Below the pieces are notes generated by a model that was given only the letters and a program-made list of their open reading frames with translations, was not told the origin of the DNA and searched no databases. Below, in pieces: positions 10,085 to 21,065 of a stretch of DNA of 64,000 nucleotides (positions within the stretch are counted from its first letter, which is position 1; the number at the start of each line of letters is the position of its first letter). The DNA lies in the NCBI GenBank assembly GCA_963843795.1, contig CAWJLW010000006.1:372001-436000 (forward strand), given 5' to 3'. The translations under genes and the position numbers were made by a program. Origin of the DNA: an uncultured bacterium (GTDB taxonomy: Bacteria; Armatimonadota; Abditibacteriia; Abditibacteriales; Abditibacteriaceae).

Positions 10085-11782
10085 GTGCGATTCTACTGGT
10101 TAATAACTGTGGCCTTGTTGATAGGATGCAATGATGTAGCGCACGCCCAAAATCCGATGCCGCGTTATCGTTGGCTGTATGCCAGCTTCAATCTACAGGT
10201 CGATGATAATGTGCCAAAATTGCAAAATTTAATGAGGCGTGCCAGCGCGGTTGGTTATAATGGCGTGTTGCTGGCCGACTATAAATTTGCGATTTTGGAT
10301 CGTGTGCCGGAGCATTACTTCGCCAACGTCGAAAAAATTAAAGCCACCGCGCGCGAACTTCAAATGCAAATCGCGCCCTCGGTTTGCCCTCTCGGCTATT
10401 CGTCGGGCTTGCTGGCGCACGATCCGAATTTGGCCGAAGGCTTACCCGTCCGCGATGCGCCGTTTCGCGTGCACAATCAAACTGCCGCTATTGCGCCTGA
10501 TCCGGCGCTCGATTTCTCTCCCGGTGAGTTTGAAAAAGCTGAAAACAACCGTTTCATCGGCTGGGATTTTCAGGACGGAATCGGCCAAAGTAGCTTTCTC
10601 GACCGCGCTACCAAGCATGGCGGAAATTCTTCGTTGCGCATGGAAAATATCGGTGCTACCGATAAAGAAAACGGGCATGGGCGCGTGATGAAAACGATCA
10701 AGGTCAATCCGTGGCGTCAGTATCGGCTTTCGGTGTGGATTAAAACGAGCGACTTTGAAACGCCAGGCGACGCCCGCGCCGCGATTCTCACTGAAGAACG
10801 CGCCCTTTTGCATTCCTCGTGGCAAATCGAAAAAACGCAGGATTGGACGCAGTATCACCTAGTTTTTAACAGCCTGAATTTTTCGCAGGTGCGCGTTTAT
10901 CTGGGCGTGTGGGGCGGCAAAAGCGGTAAGATTTGGTGGGACGATGCCCGAATCGAAGAAGTCGGTTTGCTCAATGTTTTGCGTCGCGAAGGTTGCCCGC
11001 TAACGGTGCGCGGCGAAGATGGCACAGCTTACGAAGAAGGCCGCGATTTCGAAACTGTGCGCGATGAAAAATTGGGCGTTGTGCCGTGGCCCGGGGAATA
11101 CGATTTACTAGACGACGCGCCCCTGCTGCGCTTATCGGCTAATTCGCGCATCAAAGACGGCCAGACATTGCGCGTTAGCTTTTATAGCGTGATTCCCGTC
11201 GAAAACGGGCAAGTCGGCTGCTGCCTGAGCGACTCGAAAGTGTATGAATTGCTGCGTGACCAGATTCAGCGCGTCAATAAATTGTTCGAGCCGCAAATTT
11301 TCTTTATGAGCCACGACGAAATGCGGCAGGCCAACTGGTGCGAAACCTGTCAAAAACGCAAAATGACGCCTGGCCAGCTGCTGGCTGATAACGTAAAGCG
11401 CTGTACACAATTCATTCGCGAGGTCAATCCCAAAGCTGAGATTTTTGTGTGGAGCGATATGTTCGACCCGCATCACAATGCTCACGATAACTATTATCTG
11501 GTCAATGGCAGTTGGGCTGGTTCGTGGCAAGGCTTCCCTCAAGACGTGATTATTGCCAACTGGAATTTCGACGGACGCAAGCAAAGTTTGCCTTGGTTTG
11601 CCAACTTGGGGAATCGTCAGCTTTTGGCAGGCTATTATGACGATTCACCACAACGCATTTTGACTTGGCTTGAAGACGCGCGCGCAGTAAAAGGTGTGGA
11701 TGGTGTGATGTATACGACCTGGCAAAATCGCTACGACGATTTGGAAGCCTTCGCGCAAAATGCGTGGGGCGGCAAGCCATAA
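10085..11782 (+). CDS. Secreted putative glycoside hydrolase with inserted CBM4/9-like domain
   Basis: Signal peptide; CBM-like segment (YRLSVWIKT...IWWDDARIE); GH20-like MSHDE and WSDM motifs. Confidence 0.6.
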   Translation: MRFYWLITVALLIGCNDVAHAQNPMPRYRWLYASFNLQVDDNVPKLQNLMRRASAVGYNGVLLADYKFAILDRVPEHYFANVEKIKATARELQMQIAPSVCPLGYSSGLLAHDPNLAEGLPVRDAPFRVHNQTAAIAPDPALDFSPGEFEKAENNRFIGWDFQDGIGQSSFLDRATKHGGNSSLRMENIGATDKENGHGRVMKTIKVNPWRQYRLSVWIKTSDFETPGDARAAILTEERALLHSSWQIEKTQDWTQYHLVFNSLNFSQVRVYLGVWGGKSGKIWWDDARIEEVGLLNVLRREGCPLTVRGEDGTAYEEGRDFETVRDEKLGVVPWPGEYDLLDDAPLLRLSANSRIKDGQTLRVSFYSVIPVENGQVGCCLSDSKVYELLRDQIQRVNKLFEPQIFFMSHDEMRQANWCETCQKRKMTPGQLLADNVKRCTQFIREVNPKAEIFVWSDMFDPHHNAHDNYYLVNGSWAGSWQGFPQDVIIANWNFDGRKQSLPWFANLGNRQLLAGYYDDSPQRILTWLEDARAVKGVDGVMYTTWQNRYDDLEAFAQNAWGGKP

Positions 11783-11809
11783 AGCCATGTGGCACGTACT
11801 TGCCGCATC

Positions 11810-12745
11810 TCACTGATCCTGATTTTTTATCCAACGTAACAAGTCCGCACGCGCCAATAATCCGCCGCGCCCACCACGAAACTGAGCTTTCCGGGCCGCT
11901 AATGCGGTGGCGATTTGCAAGCGCGTTTCCACTTTGCTGCCACGCGCCAGTTCCGCTACATAAGCGCCGTGAAATACATCGCCGCAGCCTGTCGTATCAA
12001 CCACATTGACAGGGTGTGATGGTACAGCAAGTACTTGCTGGTCGGTTTCTTCTCCGCACGCTACGCAGCCGCGCGCGCCGCAAGTGACAACAGCCAACTT
12101 TCGCGATGCGCCCAAACGTTGAACGGCCATTTGGGCGTTTGCGCTTTGTGTCCACTCGCACGCAAAATGTTCGCCCACAATCAGGTGATCGACGAAGTTG
12201 AACCAGTCGCGAAGATGAGGTGCATCGCGTTCGATGTCGGCCACGAGTGGAATTGCGAGCGCTTGGGCAATTTCGGCGATGAGCGTGCCGTTGGTTTCGA
12301 CCGTGTGATCGAGAAAAATTATTTTCGCGTTTTGCAACAATGATGTTGAAATGTGCGCCACAGGCAAGATTTGGCGGCCTGTGGAATCAGAAAAAATCGT
12401 GCGCGTGCCATTGAGTTCATCGACGATAATTGTTGAATGCGCCGGTCGCGCGTCGGGCGTGGGAAGTACTTGCGAGCAATCGACGCCACTGTTTTCCAGT
12501 TCGGACAGAGCAAACCGCGACCATTCGTCGTCGCCCAGTGCGCCCACGAAAGCGCAACGCGCGCCTAAGTGGGCCGCAGCGACCAGAGCCGTCGCGCACA
12601 AACCTCCGCCCTGCCGTTCGCGCAGTTTTACGCGCGCTTTGCTATCAGGCGCGGGATATTCATCGACGTAAAGAAAATCATCGACGGTAATGGCACCAAA
12701 ACCCAACACGTCCCAAATTTTCGTTGCGCCGGAGTTTCGAGTCAT
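11810..12745 (-). CDS. PfkB family carbohydrate kinase
   Basis: GGG..ATA, GALGDD, VVTCGARG, VVDTTGCGDVFHGA. Confidence 0.92.
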   Translation of the reverse strand: MTRNSGATKIWDVLGFGAITVDDFLYVDEYPAPDSKARVKLRERQGGGLCATALVAAAHLGARCAFVGALGDDEWSRFALSELENSGVDCSQVLPTPDARPAHSTIIVDELNGTRTIFSDSTGRQILPVAHISTSLLQNAKIIFLDHTVETNGTLIAEIAQALAIPLVADIERDAPHLRDWFNFVDHLIVGEHFACEWTQSANAQMAVQRLGASRKLAVVTCGARGCVACGEETDQQVLAVPSHPVNVVDTTGCGDVFHGAYVAELARGSKVETRLQIATALAARKAQFRGGRGGLLARADLLRWIKNQDQ

Positions 12746-12929
12746 AAAGTTTGGGTCAAGTACTTGCCGCGCATTTTCGTCATACTTGGTGTAGTGCTTG
12801 CAACCGCAGTATAAACGACAGTTCAGGGTATACAGAAAAAAGCCGCGTGCACGTTACTTGCGATGGTTTTTTGCGGGTTCAAATTTGCACCATGCGAGCA
12901 ACTGCAACGATTTAGAGGGAGAAACAATT

Positions 12930-13694
12930 ATGGCAATTGGAGATGTTTTGGGACGAGTCGGCTCGATTTTATCGGCCAACGTGAACGATATGTTGGATCG
13001 GGCCGAAGACCCAGTGAAAATGAGCGCCGAATTTCTGCGTCAGGGCAACCAGCAGTTGTCCGAAGTGCGTCACGAAGTCGCGATGGTCATCGCGTCGTAT
13101 GAAGATACCAAGCGCGCCTATAATGAAAACGAGCAAGACATCGTCGACTGGACGAAAAAAGCCGAGATGGCTTTGACGGCAGGTCGAGAAGATTTAGCAC
13201 GCAAAGCTTTGGCCGAGAAAAGCCGTGAACAAAACGAAAATCGCGAACTCGAATCGGTTTTGGAAGAACAAAAAAAACAAGTCGATGTTTTGAAAGAGGC
13301 CGCCGACAAACTGGCGCGCAAAATCGCCGACATGGAAAATCAGCGCAACATTCTGGTCGCCCAGCATCGCACCGCGATTGCGCGCCAACATGTGCAGGAA
13401 GTTTCGACCAATTTGGGCAAAAGCAAAGCTTTGGACGGCTTCGACCGTTTGAAGAAGCGCACACAGATGGAAATGAGCAAAGCTACCGCTTTGGAACAAT
13501 TGTCGGGTCAGAGTTTGGAAGATGAATTCGCCGCTTTGGAAGCCTCAAGTGGTGCTACACCCGTCGATGACGAACTCGCCGCTATGAAAGCTCGCATGGG
13601 CTTGGGCGCACCACGCGCCACGCCAGAACTGCCCGAAAGCGCTTCCAGTTCGCCCGATAAGCCCGCCGCACAATGGGCTGACGGCGATAAATAA
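12930..13694 (+). CDS. pspA: PspA/IM30 family protein
   Basis: ANVNDMLDRAEDP, GREDLARKAL, LEDEFAALE, VDDELAAMKARMG; coiled coil; GAGGGAG RBS. Confidence 0.88.
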   Translation: MAIGDVLGRVGSILSANVNDMLDRAEDPVKMSAEFLRQGNQQLSEVRHEVAMVIASYEDTKRAYNENEQDIVDWTKKAEMALTAGREDLARKALAEKSREQNENRELESVLEEQKKQVDVLKEAADKLARKIADMENQRNILVAQHRTAIARQHVQEVSTNLGKSKALDGFDRLKKRTQMEMSKATALEQLSGQSLEDEFAALEASSGATPVDDELAAMKARMGLGAPRATPELPESASSSPDKPAAQWADGDK

Positions 13695-13727
13695 TAGCTG
13701 CAAGTTCTTCAAAGCTTCGAGCCAAAA

Positions 13728-13763
13728 AAAAGCGCTCCGATCTATTCAGATCGGAGCGCTTTT
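13728..13763. terminator. Bidirectional intrinsic terminator between pspA and the pilus locus
   Basis: aaaagcgctccgatct-attc-agatcggagcgctttt, with A/T runs on both sides. Confidence 0.8.
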
Positions 13764-13798
13764 GTTTTTGATGTGCCGCAAGTACTTGCAGCGTAGTT

Positions 13799-16700
13799 TT
13801 AACCGGGCAACAAGTCGGGCAACACTGGCAAACGCAAACCAGTATCGGTAACGCTGCCGCTACTGACAAAAATATTAGCGGCGCTTGGATCCATTACAGC
13901 TGGATCAAAATTATAGGAAATGTTACCAAACGTTGCAGACGCGCCGGGCGCGGGTGGCGACTGAATGTAAGATGCTTGAGAAACCAGAGAGCCGTCGGTC
14001 TTCAATGCTGCCGATTTGGTGTCATCAAAATCGCTACCTGCCGGACGTGCCGAGTCGAAGTTGAATGTTGCCCACTTATCCATCCAATCGGATACAGAAG
14101 CCGTGTTGGGCAAACCTTCGCTGCTCACCAGCGCGGCGCTTTTCTCCATGATAGCGCCGGTGAATACGACCTGATAATTATAGCGACGCATACGATAAGC
14201 CGCTAATTTTTCTTCTCGCGAAATAACGCCATCGCGATTCAAATCAACGCCCACTTTGCTTCCGCTGACCAAAGTTCTTACGGGAAGTGGATTGGCCGGG
14301 TCAGTCGGATCGGTGGTTATACTCGCGTCGAAATAGCCGCCTGGAACTACCAACCAACTTCCATTTTGTGCATATGCAAAAGCGCGAATGTCCATCGTCT
14401 GGCCCGGAAACAGATGCTGAAATTCTCCGGTTGTGGCATCGTAAGTGTCAGTAACACCAGCAATACCATTCGATAAACCTTCCATCTTTAGACCGTTTAA
14501 ACGATAGTAAGGAATTGGAGCATTAGTGGCATCAAAATAGTCTGATACAGTACCTTGATTAGCGCCCCCAGTGCCGACAGCGGTATCATTCAAACGCAAC
14601 GCAAGCACGTTATTTCCATCAACTGCCGGTGTTGTGATGGCGACATTGCGAGCATCCAATGTACTATTGACTGTATCGTATTGTAATCCTGCCTTGGCAC
14701 CTAAAGACGGAGCAGGGGTTGCAACAGCAGTTGGATCGGCAGAATATGTGTAAAAGCTAGCATCTCCTGTCAGAGCGTCTTCTGGCTGGTCATATTGCGG
14801 ATTGAAACCGAATTGGTTCACTGATTCTGTTACTCGCGCGCCAGCATTCGAATGAATACTTGTTAATGCTTGAGGTTGCAATGGATTAGCAGCAACAAGA
14901 TTTGAAAACACGCTTACCGAAGTTCCCATTGGCATTTTTACGTTTGTTGCTGGAGGAGTCGGATTAAGAATGTCTTCGCCGCGCTGCAAGAGTTCTGCAG
15001 GTGTATAGGCAAAAGAATGTCGATTATGAAGAGCTGCCAAGAAAAAGAAAAGTGGCTGTGCGGTAGCACTAGGACCGTAATTATTGAGAACGCCGCTAGA
15101 GGCGTCATAAGACCACGTCACTCCGGTAGAAGGATGTTTGCCTAACATATCCGTAATGACCGCGTTCAGTGAAAAACTCGTTGGCGGGGACGTAAAATCA
15201 GACGCCAAAGGCTCAGGATCCGCGTAAAATTCATTCCCTTCGTCCGAATCAATCTGTAAAATCTTCGAGGTTACAAGCGTTGACTGGGGATCAGTCGAAG
15301 CAGCTGAACCAGTAACAGGCAGTTTGTTCGATACCGTGACCGCAGTTTGCGGCGGAACGCCATTATTGGCTTTCAATTGCACAGCATATTTCTGTTCGGC
15401 GCTATGATTGAAAACGACGCGCATAGCATTGGCGCCGGGAGCCAAGCGAAAACGTCGCTGCACAACATCCAAAAACACACCGATTCGCGTAGGCGAGTTG
15501 TAATAGGGAACTGTGGTCGCACCGCTACCAAAATTCGGATCGAGAGCCGCTTTAAGCGTGCCCGTTGTCGGAGTAAATGCCAAATCCACTGTGACGGTAT
15601 TGTTGGTTCTGCTGACCACACGATGAACCGTGTTGAGCATACGGACCCAATCACCTGGCTGGAACAAAAGACCATCAGAATCTGGCACAGTCAGTGTTGT
15701 GCCAGCTCGAGATAAAACAGTGGTTTGTGCTGTGTTGCGCTGAACAAGAGCCGTAGGGTTGGGCAGCAAGTTATTTTTGGCCAACAAGAGTACTTTGCGT
15801 TTGCCTGCATTGAGCGAACCGTCAATGTAAATATTATTGCCAGAAACGATAGTAATGCTGCGCCCGGGATCGACAGTCGGGTCGAATATTCCATTTCCAT
15901 CGAACGCCCCGCCCCTCACTCGCGCATTGCCTTCGGCGTAAATCACGCCATTCGCTGGCCATGGAAACACTTTGCGAAAGCCCTTAGTTAATGTGCCACT
16001 GGGATCGCGCCAAGCTTTACTATCATCAGGCGGTGTATTTGTGTTTGTGATGTTGTCGCTTAACTCGTCGCGGGTTACTGTGACTGTGCCAGCCCTCGGG
16101 TCGAGTTCGATGAGCGCGCCACGCGCGCGAAACTCGTCTGGCCCGATCCAACCACGCAAATGTTTCTGTTCGAGAGAGGTAGGTGTGGTGCCAGTAGGTT
16201 GCGTGACACCATAAGGTTTGGCTAAACGCGATGGTGACGTATCGACGTTGGCCGCCGCAGCGGTTTCTGTGCTATAAAGCATTCTTTTGAGGCGCGCATC
16301 ATCCATCGGCTGCCACTGACTGCCCGAGGTTGAAACCTTTTCAACATCTTGGGCGTTGTCGATGTAAATGCCTTCGCCATAACCGAAAAGCGATCCGCTG
16401 GGCTGACCCGCAGCGACGGAAGGCGAATATTTGGTTAGGTTCAGATAGCGTGAAAAGTTGCCGCCCGAACTGATATCCGGTGGCTTAATGGAATCGGTAT
16501 CGCGTGCGCCATCGCTGTTTCCTAACAAGCGATCGCGACCGTCGTTCACGATATTTTGTTTGTTAGCTACTGCTGCCGCAAATGGGAAATTTGGATTGTT
16601 GCTGTCCAGTAGATTATCGCTGGTCGCTGTCCCGTTAATATTGAAAGCACGAACGTAAGCATCAACTGGTGTTGCGCTGCCCGTTGCCACCTGCTGACGA

Positions 16701-17972
16701 CTGGTCATCAGGCCCGAAGCCTTGATGAAAGAATTGTTGGCCCCTACACCTCTGGGTATCACATTGCCCATCCATGCCAAGCCGCCGTTGACCAGAATAC
16801 TGGCGGGATTTCTAACATCGGGCGTATAAGCGACTGCTTCGCGTCCAAAAGTGCGCGCGGCACCCGAACCTGTTCCCCATGTCGCTGTTCCATCCGCATC
16901 ATAATCGACCCCGACTGGTGATCCCAAACCTGCTGCGACTTGCACGATATCACCTTGATTGCACAGTCATCGACTTGGAAACTGTCAGCGTCGCACCAGA
17001 GGCAGACGGTGTTACAGCAGTCACTAAGGCCGAATCCAACCGCGTGCTTAAGTTACTGATAGTGACGTAAAATGGCACGGGGGGCAAAATACCACGCATA
17101 TTGCTAATCTGGGATCAGCTAGCGCCCGTCACTGTGGAGTTGATGGCAGCTGAAGGCACTACATTATTGGAAAAATCCCAGTTCGTGACAAAACGTGCCA
17201 CGGAAGTCAGCGGATTTTGCGGGACGCCGGGCTTAGCGCGGACTTCCCGTACGAAAACGCTGGGGTCATCAGAGCTTTGGCCAATGACATCGACACGCAC
17301 CGTTCCATCGGCATTGGGACGCAGTTCGGTCAGAAATTGCGGTGCACCACTGAGCACTGAAGCGCCGCGCGGATCGGGAAATTTGACGAATAAATGTTTC
17401 GTTGGGTCAGTGCGCAATTGGTTGTCGATGAATAGCCATTGTTCTTCGCGCTTTTCCGCCGCATCGCCTGCGCCGTATGTGATGCCGTTCTTGTTCCAGT
17501 CATCACCGGTAGCCGGCACCGTATTGACGTTGTTTGTCCAACCTTGCGCACGGTCAAAAGCCGAATAATAAAAGTTGAAATCGGGATCAGTCGAAGAAGG
17601 TGGTGGGGAAGTCATGTAGGGACGCCAACGTTCGCCAGGGGCGCTGTTATTGAGCTTATCGTTGACGAAGGTTAAACCAGCAGTCGCGGCAGATTGGGCG
17701 CTACCCAAATTCTGCTGGCGCGCGGTTTGGTTCAAGTTCAGCGAAACCACGGTGATAAATGTCGAACCCAGCAGCGCCGCAAACACCATTAAGAGCACGG
17801 CCAGCAGCAATGCCTGACCGCGACGCGAATTGTGCTCGCGCTTCCAAGCCCGACGGCGCTTGCCACGACGCACTGCGCCCGCAGCGGGCGCGTGCAGTTG
17901 GGCTTCGCGCGCCAGACGAGATTGACGCGCCGTCAACTGAAACAAACTGCGTTGCAAGGGAGAAATGGACAT
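13799..17972 (-). CDS. Very large PilX/GspK-like pilin-leader protein (~1390 aa), putative pilus adhesin; split near 17115 and 16950
   Basis: RRG|QALLLAVLLMVFAALLG...AQSAATAGL N-terminus. Reading continues through 17115-16950 into the 1048-aa ORF (GDIVQVAAGLG); NGVIYAEGNARVRG/ITIVSGNNIYI repeats. Confidence 0.65.
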
Positions 17973-18257
17973 AAGAAAACCTCTTGACACCAACACCATC
18001 TCGAACCGAAGCTCTCGTAAATCAAGAACTTTATGAACGGCTAACGGCAAAACGACAGCGCTTTGCCTGAATTTTTAAGTTGTTGCGATTGTATTGACTG
18101 CGCTTTCGTTATTGCAGAAACCCGAGTTTACCAGATGCCAAAATTTCGCCATCGCGCTGATTCGAGCGCAGCGTTTCGAAAGGCTGCACTCGCGATGAAC
18201 GAAAACTGGTGTGACTCTGGTTATGCCACATTTCGCCGCTAATAGAGAAATTTATTC

Positions 18258-18719
18258 TTAGGGCGTAGAATCATCGAGCTTGCGGGTTCCGTAGTCGCGG
18301 TGGTTGGGAACTGTGCTGGTAGCTCCGGCAGCTACAGTTGCGGGCTGCGCGGTCGTCGTCCACACGCGCGGCGAGGGCGCTCCGGTCTGCAAATTTGGGT
18401 TGGCGGCTCCGTTTGCTTGCGAGCCAGCGCTTGCGCCTTTGGTTTGAAAATTAGGATCGTCGGGAATAAGCGAACCCACAGCTCGCGCGGCGGGATGTGT
18501 GGCGTTGTCGAGCTTGTCTTTGACTTGAACGCCATAACGACCCCAGAATTTGCGCGCGATCCACATTGCAACCATCATTTGCCAAGGGGCTAAAACAGGC
18601 AAATTTAAAGGTTGCTTCGAGCGCGGCAACTTGACCGGTGGCACAGCGCCGCGACCACCAAGGCGCTGCCACGCGAAATTGGCTACCATTGTCAATAAAA
18701 ATCGTAGGAAAACTGCCAT
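18258..18719 (-). CDS. Hypothetical protein
   Basis: GGAGG RBS before ATG 18719 (MAVFLRFLL); no recognisable family. Confidence 0.6.
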   Translation of the reverse strand: MAVFLRFLLTMVANFAWQRLGGRGAVPPVKLPRSKQPLNLPVLAPWQMMVAMWIARKFWGRYGVQVKDKLDNATHPAARAVGSLIPDDPNFQTKGASAGSQANGAANPNLQTGAPSPRVWTTTAQPATVAAGATSTVPNHRDYGTRKLDDSTP

Positions 18720-18891
18720 GTTCAAACCTCCATCCGAAAACAACAAGCAACGCAATTCCGTTGCCATAACCGCGCCGCGCCGTGCAAGTACTTGCACGAT
18801 TGTTTAGCCATCAAAATCACAGACGAGCGCTCGGTTAGCCGGTTGCCTGGCTTGCCCTGAGCGCTCGTGGTGCGTGAATGGGAAACGAAAT

Positions 18892-19989
18892 TCAGGAGCC
18901 GAAACGGGTTTCGGTATTGGGCAAGTCGACAACGCGCGTCAGGCGCACCGTTTGGGCGCGATTCTGCGCTCCCGCGCTGTCATATTTGCCGATAACGAGC
19001 GTGATGGTCACGCGGTCGATAACGCCGTTGTTGTTGGTATCTTCGCAGATGAACGTGGTTTCCGGCTCGAATCGGGGCGTGGCTGGCGGCAACACGTTAG
19101 CAGCGGGCGCGTATAAACCAGCGCCTTTGGGCGTGATGCGGGAATCGGAAAACGGCACTGTATCTGTCGCAGGTGTCGCTCCCCCGATTTGATCCGAAGT
19201 GTCGGGATTAAAGCTGCCTAACAGCGGCTCGCCCAATTCGTTTTGCACCAGCCAGCGCGCGCCGCTGTTATAAAAAGCGGCGTTGCCTCCGCAGTCGGTC
19301 GAACTGGGATAGCGTCGGTTATCGACCAGAGCTTGCGGTGTGGTGTTGTTGGGGAAAAGCGTGCCATCGTTGCGCTTGTAGGGCAAGCGCGTGCGATATA
19401 ACCCGAGCGGATTAACTTCTGCATCATACTTGTCGGCAGTCGCAGTCGGGTCTTCGCGCCGCGCATAATAGGTTACGATGGAGTAACTTTTATCGCGACG
19501 GTTAGCGCCCGGATTTTCATCAATACGCGGCAAAAGAAAGCTGAGACGCGAGGTATTTTCAACTGGCGTTAGACCGCTGCACGCATCGGTATTGGTGCCA
19601 TTGGCTTGATAATACGGATAGCCGATGGTTTCTCCACTTTTGGTGTTATTCGTATAAGGTGCTTTATCCGTAATGCCGACCATGCGCTGATTGGGAAATA
19701 CGAAAGTCGCACGGCTTAATTCTCCAACGATACGGTTCATCGTGGTTTGCGCGGCCTGTTGCGAATCGGCGTTGGCGGTGCCGAGCTGCGTCATATTGAC
19801 GCCGAGATTGAGCGGCACAAACAAAATCACCAGTAGCAAAGACAGAATCGCCAGCGCGACCATGACTTCAATTAAAGTGAAGCCGCGCCGCATTGCGCCC
19901 GCCAATTTACGGCCCGCAAGTACTTGCGGAACACCAGCGCGCGCTGTGTTCGCACGGCGTGACGCACGATGAAAAGAATGTTGAATCAT
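18892..19989 (-). CDS. Prepilin-type N-terminal cleavage/methylation protein (PilW-like minor pilin)
   Basis: RRG|FTLIEVMVALAIL class III signal. Confidence 0.85.
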   Translation of the reverse strand: MIQHSFHRASRRANTARAGVPQVLAGRKLAGAMRRGFTLIEVMVALAILSLLLVILFVPLNLGVNMTQLGTANADSQQAAQTTMNRIVGELSRATFVFPNQRMVGITDKAPYTNNTKSGETIGYPYYQANGTNTDACSGLTPVENTSRLSFLLPRIDENPGANRRDKSYSIVTYYARREDPTATADKYDAEVNPLGLYRTRLPYKRNDGTLFPNNTTPQALVDNRRYPSSTDCGGNAAFYNSGARWLVQNELGEPLLGSFNPDTSDQIGGATPATDTVPFSDSRITPKGAGLYAPAANVLPPATPRFEPETTFICEDTNNNGVIDRVTITLVIGKYDSAGAQNRAQTVRLTRVVDLPNTETRFGS

Positions 19990-20082
19990 AGCGTTTCCTT
20001 CAATGACGAATAATGACGATTTCTTGAGACAAAACCTGTCTGCAAGTACTTGCAGCGCGGAATTATGATTTACGGTTGCAAA

Positions 20083-20988
20083 TTACTGATCGCAATCGCT
20101 ACGACGCGGAACGCGCTTCCAATGTTCGAGCGTGGTCGTTTTCGGGTTGCAGGTACCATCCAAGTCGTCTTGAACGCGTGGCAACAACTGGACCGAACCA
20201 TCGAAGAACAGCACGTTGTCATAATCGCGCGTCAGGCGATGATACTGGCACCATGTCACGACCGTGCTTTCCAACGGTGGACGCGGAATCGGATTCGCTG
20301 TCGCCGCTGTTTTTTGCACCAGTTGGCGCTTAAATAATTTCTTTTCTTCGGAAGTGGTTCCCGTAGTGGTGGTGCGCGATGGCAGATATAAGGCTTTATC
20401 GGCATCGAAAGTCGGTGCCGTCGTTGGGAAAACGTAAGCGGGCGGTTCCAGAACGTCCTGACCTTGATAAGACAGGTAATCCATGTTGTATTCGGATTTT
20501 GCCGCGTTGGCGTATAAATCGGCGTGCGATACACCGGCAGCGTTCAGGGCTTCGGAATCGGAAGGGCAATGAAAAACTTTCGAGCTGCGCAGATAGGTCG
20601 CGTTGGGCTTGGTGCCGACTGGTGCGACAATGTCTGGATTGGCATCTGAGGGAAACGTCCATAGCGCCCATAAACCGATGCCGCGTCCGCTGTTGGGATC
20701 GGTCGAGCTATACGCCGGTCGCGACGGATCGTAAAAGGGCGGCAGGCTGTCGTTGTCGGACATATATTGGCGCAAGCCCTGATAAAGCTGCGCCATGTTG
20801 GCCTGACAGCCGGTGCGCTGATTGGTGTCGCTGAGCGAATTGAACGCGCCCAGAGTAATCGCGCTTACCACAGCTACAATCGCCAGCACGACCATCAGTT
20901 CGATAAGCGTAAAGCCGCGACGCACCAAGCTATGCTGCGCCGGTCGAAATGGGAAAGAAAAATTCATTTTCATGATAAAAGACACCAA
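20083..20988 (-). CDS. Prepilin-type protein with C-terminal H-X9-DG-like motif
   Basis: RRG|FTLIELMVVLAIV, CQANMAQL, FHCPSD, YHRLTRDYDNVLFFDGSV. Confidence 0.85.
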   Translation of the reverse strand: MVSFIMKMNFSFPFRPAQHSLVRRGFTLIELMVVLAIVAVVSAITLGAFNSLSDTNQRTGCQANMAQLYQGLRQYMSDNDSLPPFYDPSRPAYSSTDPNSGRGIGLWALWTFPSDANPDIVAPVGTKPNATYLRSSKVFHCPSDSEALNAAGVSHADLYANAAKSEYNMDYLSYQGQDVLEPPAYVFPTTAPTFDADKALYLPSRTTTTGTTSEEKKLFKRQLVQKTAATANPIPRPPLESTVVTWCQYHRLTRDYDNVLFFDGSVQLLPRVQDDLDGTCNPKTTTLEHWKRVPRRSDCDQ

Positions 20989-21065
20989 AGAGACACCTGC
21001 AATATTGCAATCACATCAACATTGCACTGGGCATTAATTGCTTAAAGCGTTGGCTGCACAAAGCG

